This document shows positions 62,580 through 64,000 of a stretch of 64,000 bases of DNA, piece by piece. This stretch comes from Mobula birostris (Eukaryota): assembly GCF_030028105.1 (NCBI RefSeq), contig NC_092376.1, positions 26,892,009-26,956,008 on the forward strand, in the 5' to 3' direction. Position numbers and translations under genes: made by a program. Below the pieces are notes generated by a model. That model was given only the letters and a program-made list of their open reading frames with translations, did no database searches and was not told the origin of the DNA. The stretch's first letter is position 1, and every line of letters starts with the position of its first letter.

Positions 62580-63298
62580 CTGCTTATTTAATTTATCTAT
62601 AAACTGCTATTTAATTTGGTAACAAATTAGGTGTTTAAATGAAATACAGAACAAATACTACTACAGTGCTATAAAGCTGAGTATCAGTTCTTTAAAGTTA
62701 TTGATGGAGGAATTCAGCCAGTATGTTACCGTATCCTTTTGATTGACTGTAAATGAACAAAATCAGTGTAGACGTCTAGTGTAGATAATGGACTGCCTTC
62801 ATGCAATGTTTTTGACAAATGAATCCTCCGAATCTTCATTTTCATTGTAACATTCAAGGTGATTGTTGATACTTTCAATGTAATTCCTAACTTGTTGACG
62901 TAGTGAAATTGTTTCATTTTCACTCCCGGCCATTTCTGGCATCTCCAAGCCTGAATGCTTGAGACTGCAGTGAGCAAAATAAGTTCTAAATGATCTTGTT
63001 ACTGATTTCTCACCAACTATCAGTGACAAAAATCACTGCTTTTTGAACACAAGCCAATGCAACTGACGCTATTCAAAGCTTCGCTCTAAGCACGGTGTTG
63101 TGTCCATGAGCGATGCAGGTACACACAACTGATGCAAATTGGAAACTGGCAACAGTCTCCTGCCCCAATTAAGTGGTTTAGTCTAAATAAACTAAGAAAT
63201 ACGGCTGTTCCGTCAATTAGTTTTTGTTCTTGAAGTGTTATCCCAAATAAGTGATTTGACTCCGACTTACTGATGGCCCAATTATCCAGAATCCACTG
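62580..63298 (-). mobile_element. Pogo/Tigger-like DNA transposon remnant
   Basis: TA-flanked terminus CAGTGGATTCTGGATAATTGGGCCA (minus strand, from 63298); acidic transposase C-terminus-like peptide; left end not resolved. Confidence 0.5.
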
Positions 63299-63424
63299 TA
63301 CTTCTAATAATTTTGATTATGTATTAAAATGTATTGCTGCTGGAAAACAACGAATTTCACAATATACGCCAGTATTATTCAACCTGATCCTGATTCTGAT
63401 TCTGATTTTTGCATTGAGCTTGTA

Positions 63425-63572
63425 CAGGTCGACCTTCACTAATCCGGCACCATTGGGACCTGAGGAGTGCCGGATTGGCGAAAATGCCAAATTACAGAAG
63501 GATCACATCTATCAATGCCGGATTATTGAAGGGACTGGATTACAGGTAGTCGGATTAGTGAAGGTCGATCTG
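63425..63572. mobile_element. 148-bp Tc1/mariner-pogo-type MITE
   Basis: 22-bp TIRs CAGGTCGACCTTCACTAATCCG / CGGATTAGTGAAGGTCGATCTG (1 mismatch), TA on both sides. Confidence 0.85.
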
Positions 63573-63576
63573 TACT

Positions 63577-64000
63577 AACATAGAAACATAGAAAATAGGT
63601 GCAGGAGTAGGCCATTCGGCCCTTCGAGCCTGCACCGCCATTTATTATGATCATGGCTGATCATCCAACTCAGAACCCCGCCCCAGCCTTCCCTCCATAC
63701 CCCCTGACCCCCGTAGCCACAAGGGCCATATCTAACTCCCTCTTAAATATAGCCAATGAACTGGCCTCAACTGTTTCCTGTGGCAGAGAATTCCACAGAT
63801 TCACCACTCTCTGTGTGAAGAAGTTTTTCCTAATCTCGGTCCTAAAAGGCTTCCCCTCTATCCTCAATCTGTGGCCCCTCGTTCTGGACTTCCCCAACAT
63901 CGGGAACAATCTTCCTGCATCTAGCCTGTCCAATCCCTTTAGGATCTTATACGTTTCAATCAGATCCCCCCTCAATCTTCTAAATTCCAACGAGTACAAG
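63577..64000 (-). mobile_element. Young CR1 3' end (runs off the window)
   Basis: Uninterrupted YSLEFRRLRGDLIETYKILKG...FFTQRVVNLWNSLP; (TTCTATGT)n tail; CpGs retained. Confidence 0.92.

Overview
Repeat-rich vertebrate nuclear DNA, most likely a cartilaginous fish such as a ray or shark (inferred from V-domain SINEs, dense CR1, Rex1/Babar and Penelope-like repeats). One clear intact gene is present: LIPT1 (mitochondrial lipoyltransferase 1; + strand, CDS 57556-58683, 375 aa), with its own CpG-rich promoter and a predicted 69-nt 5'UTR intron. A probable C2orf15 homologue (94 aa; - strand, 26725-27009) fits the remembered human TSGA10-C2orf15-LIPT1 neighbourhood. A CpG-rich promoter with RFX X-boxes and CCAAT boxes at about 10.2-11.1 kb appears to drive a leftward spliced gene. 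Between C2orf15 and LIPT1 the minus strand carries a chain of decayed exons (stops, frameshifts, TE insertions) that reads like an LRRIQ3-like pseudogene head-to-head with LIPT1, plus further orphan exon-like segments. The rest is transposons, including a 12.4-kb nested Gypsy/L1/CR1 cluster with recoverable TSDs and many Penelope-derived fold-back units carrying minimal hammerhead ribozyme cores. All family assignments rest on remembered motifs, not database searches, and most ORFs in the supplied track are spurious.
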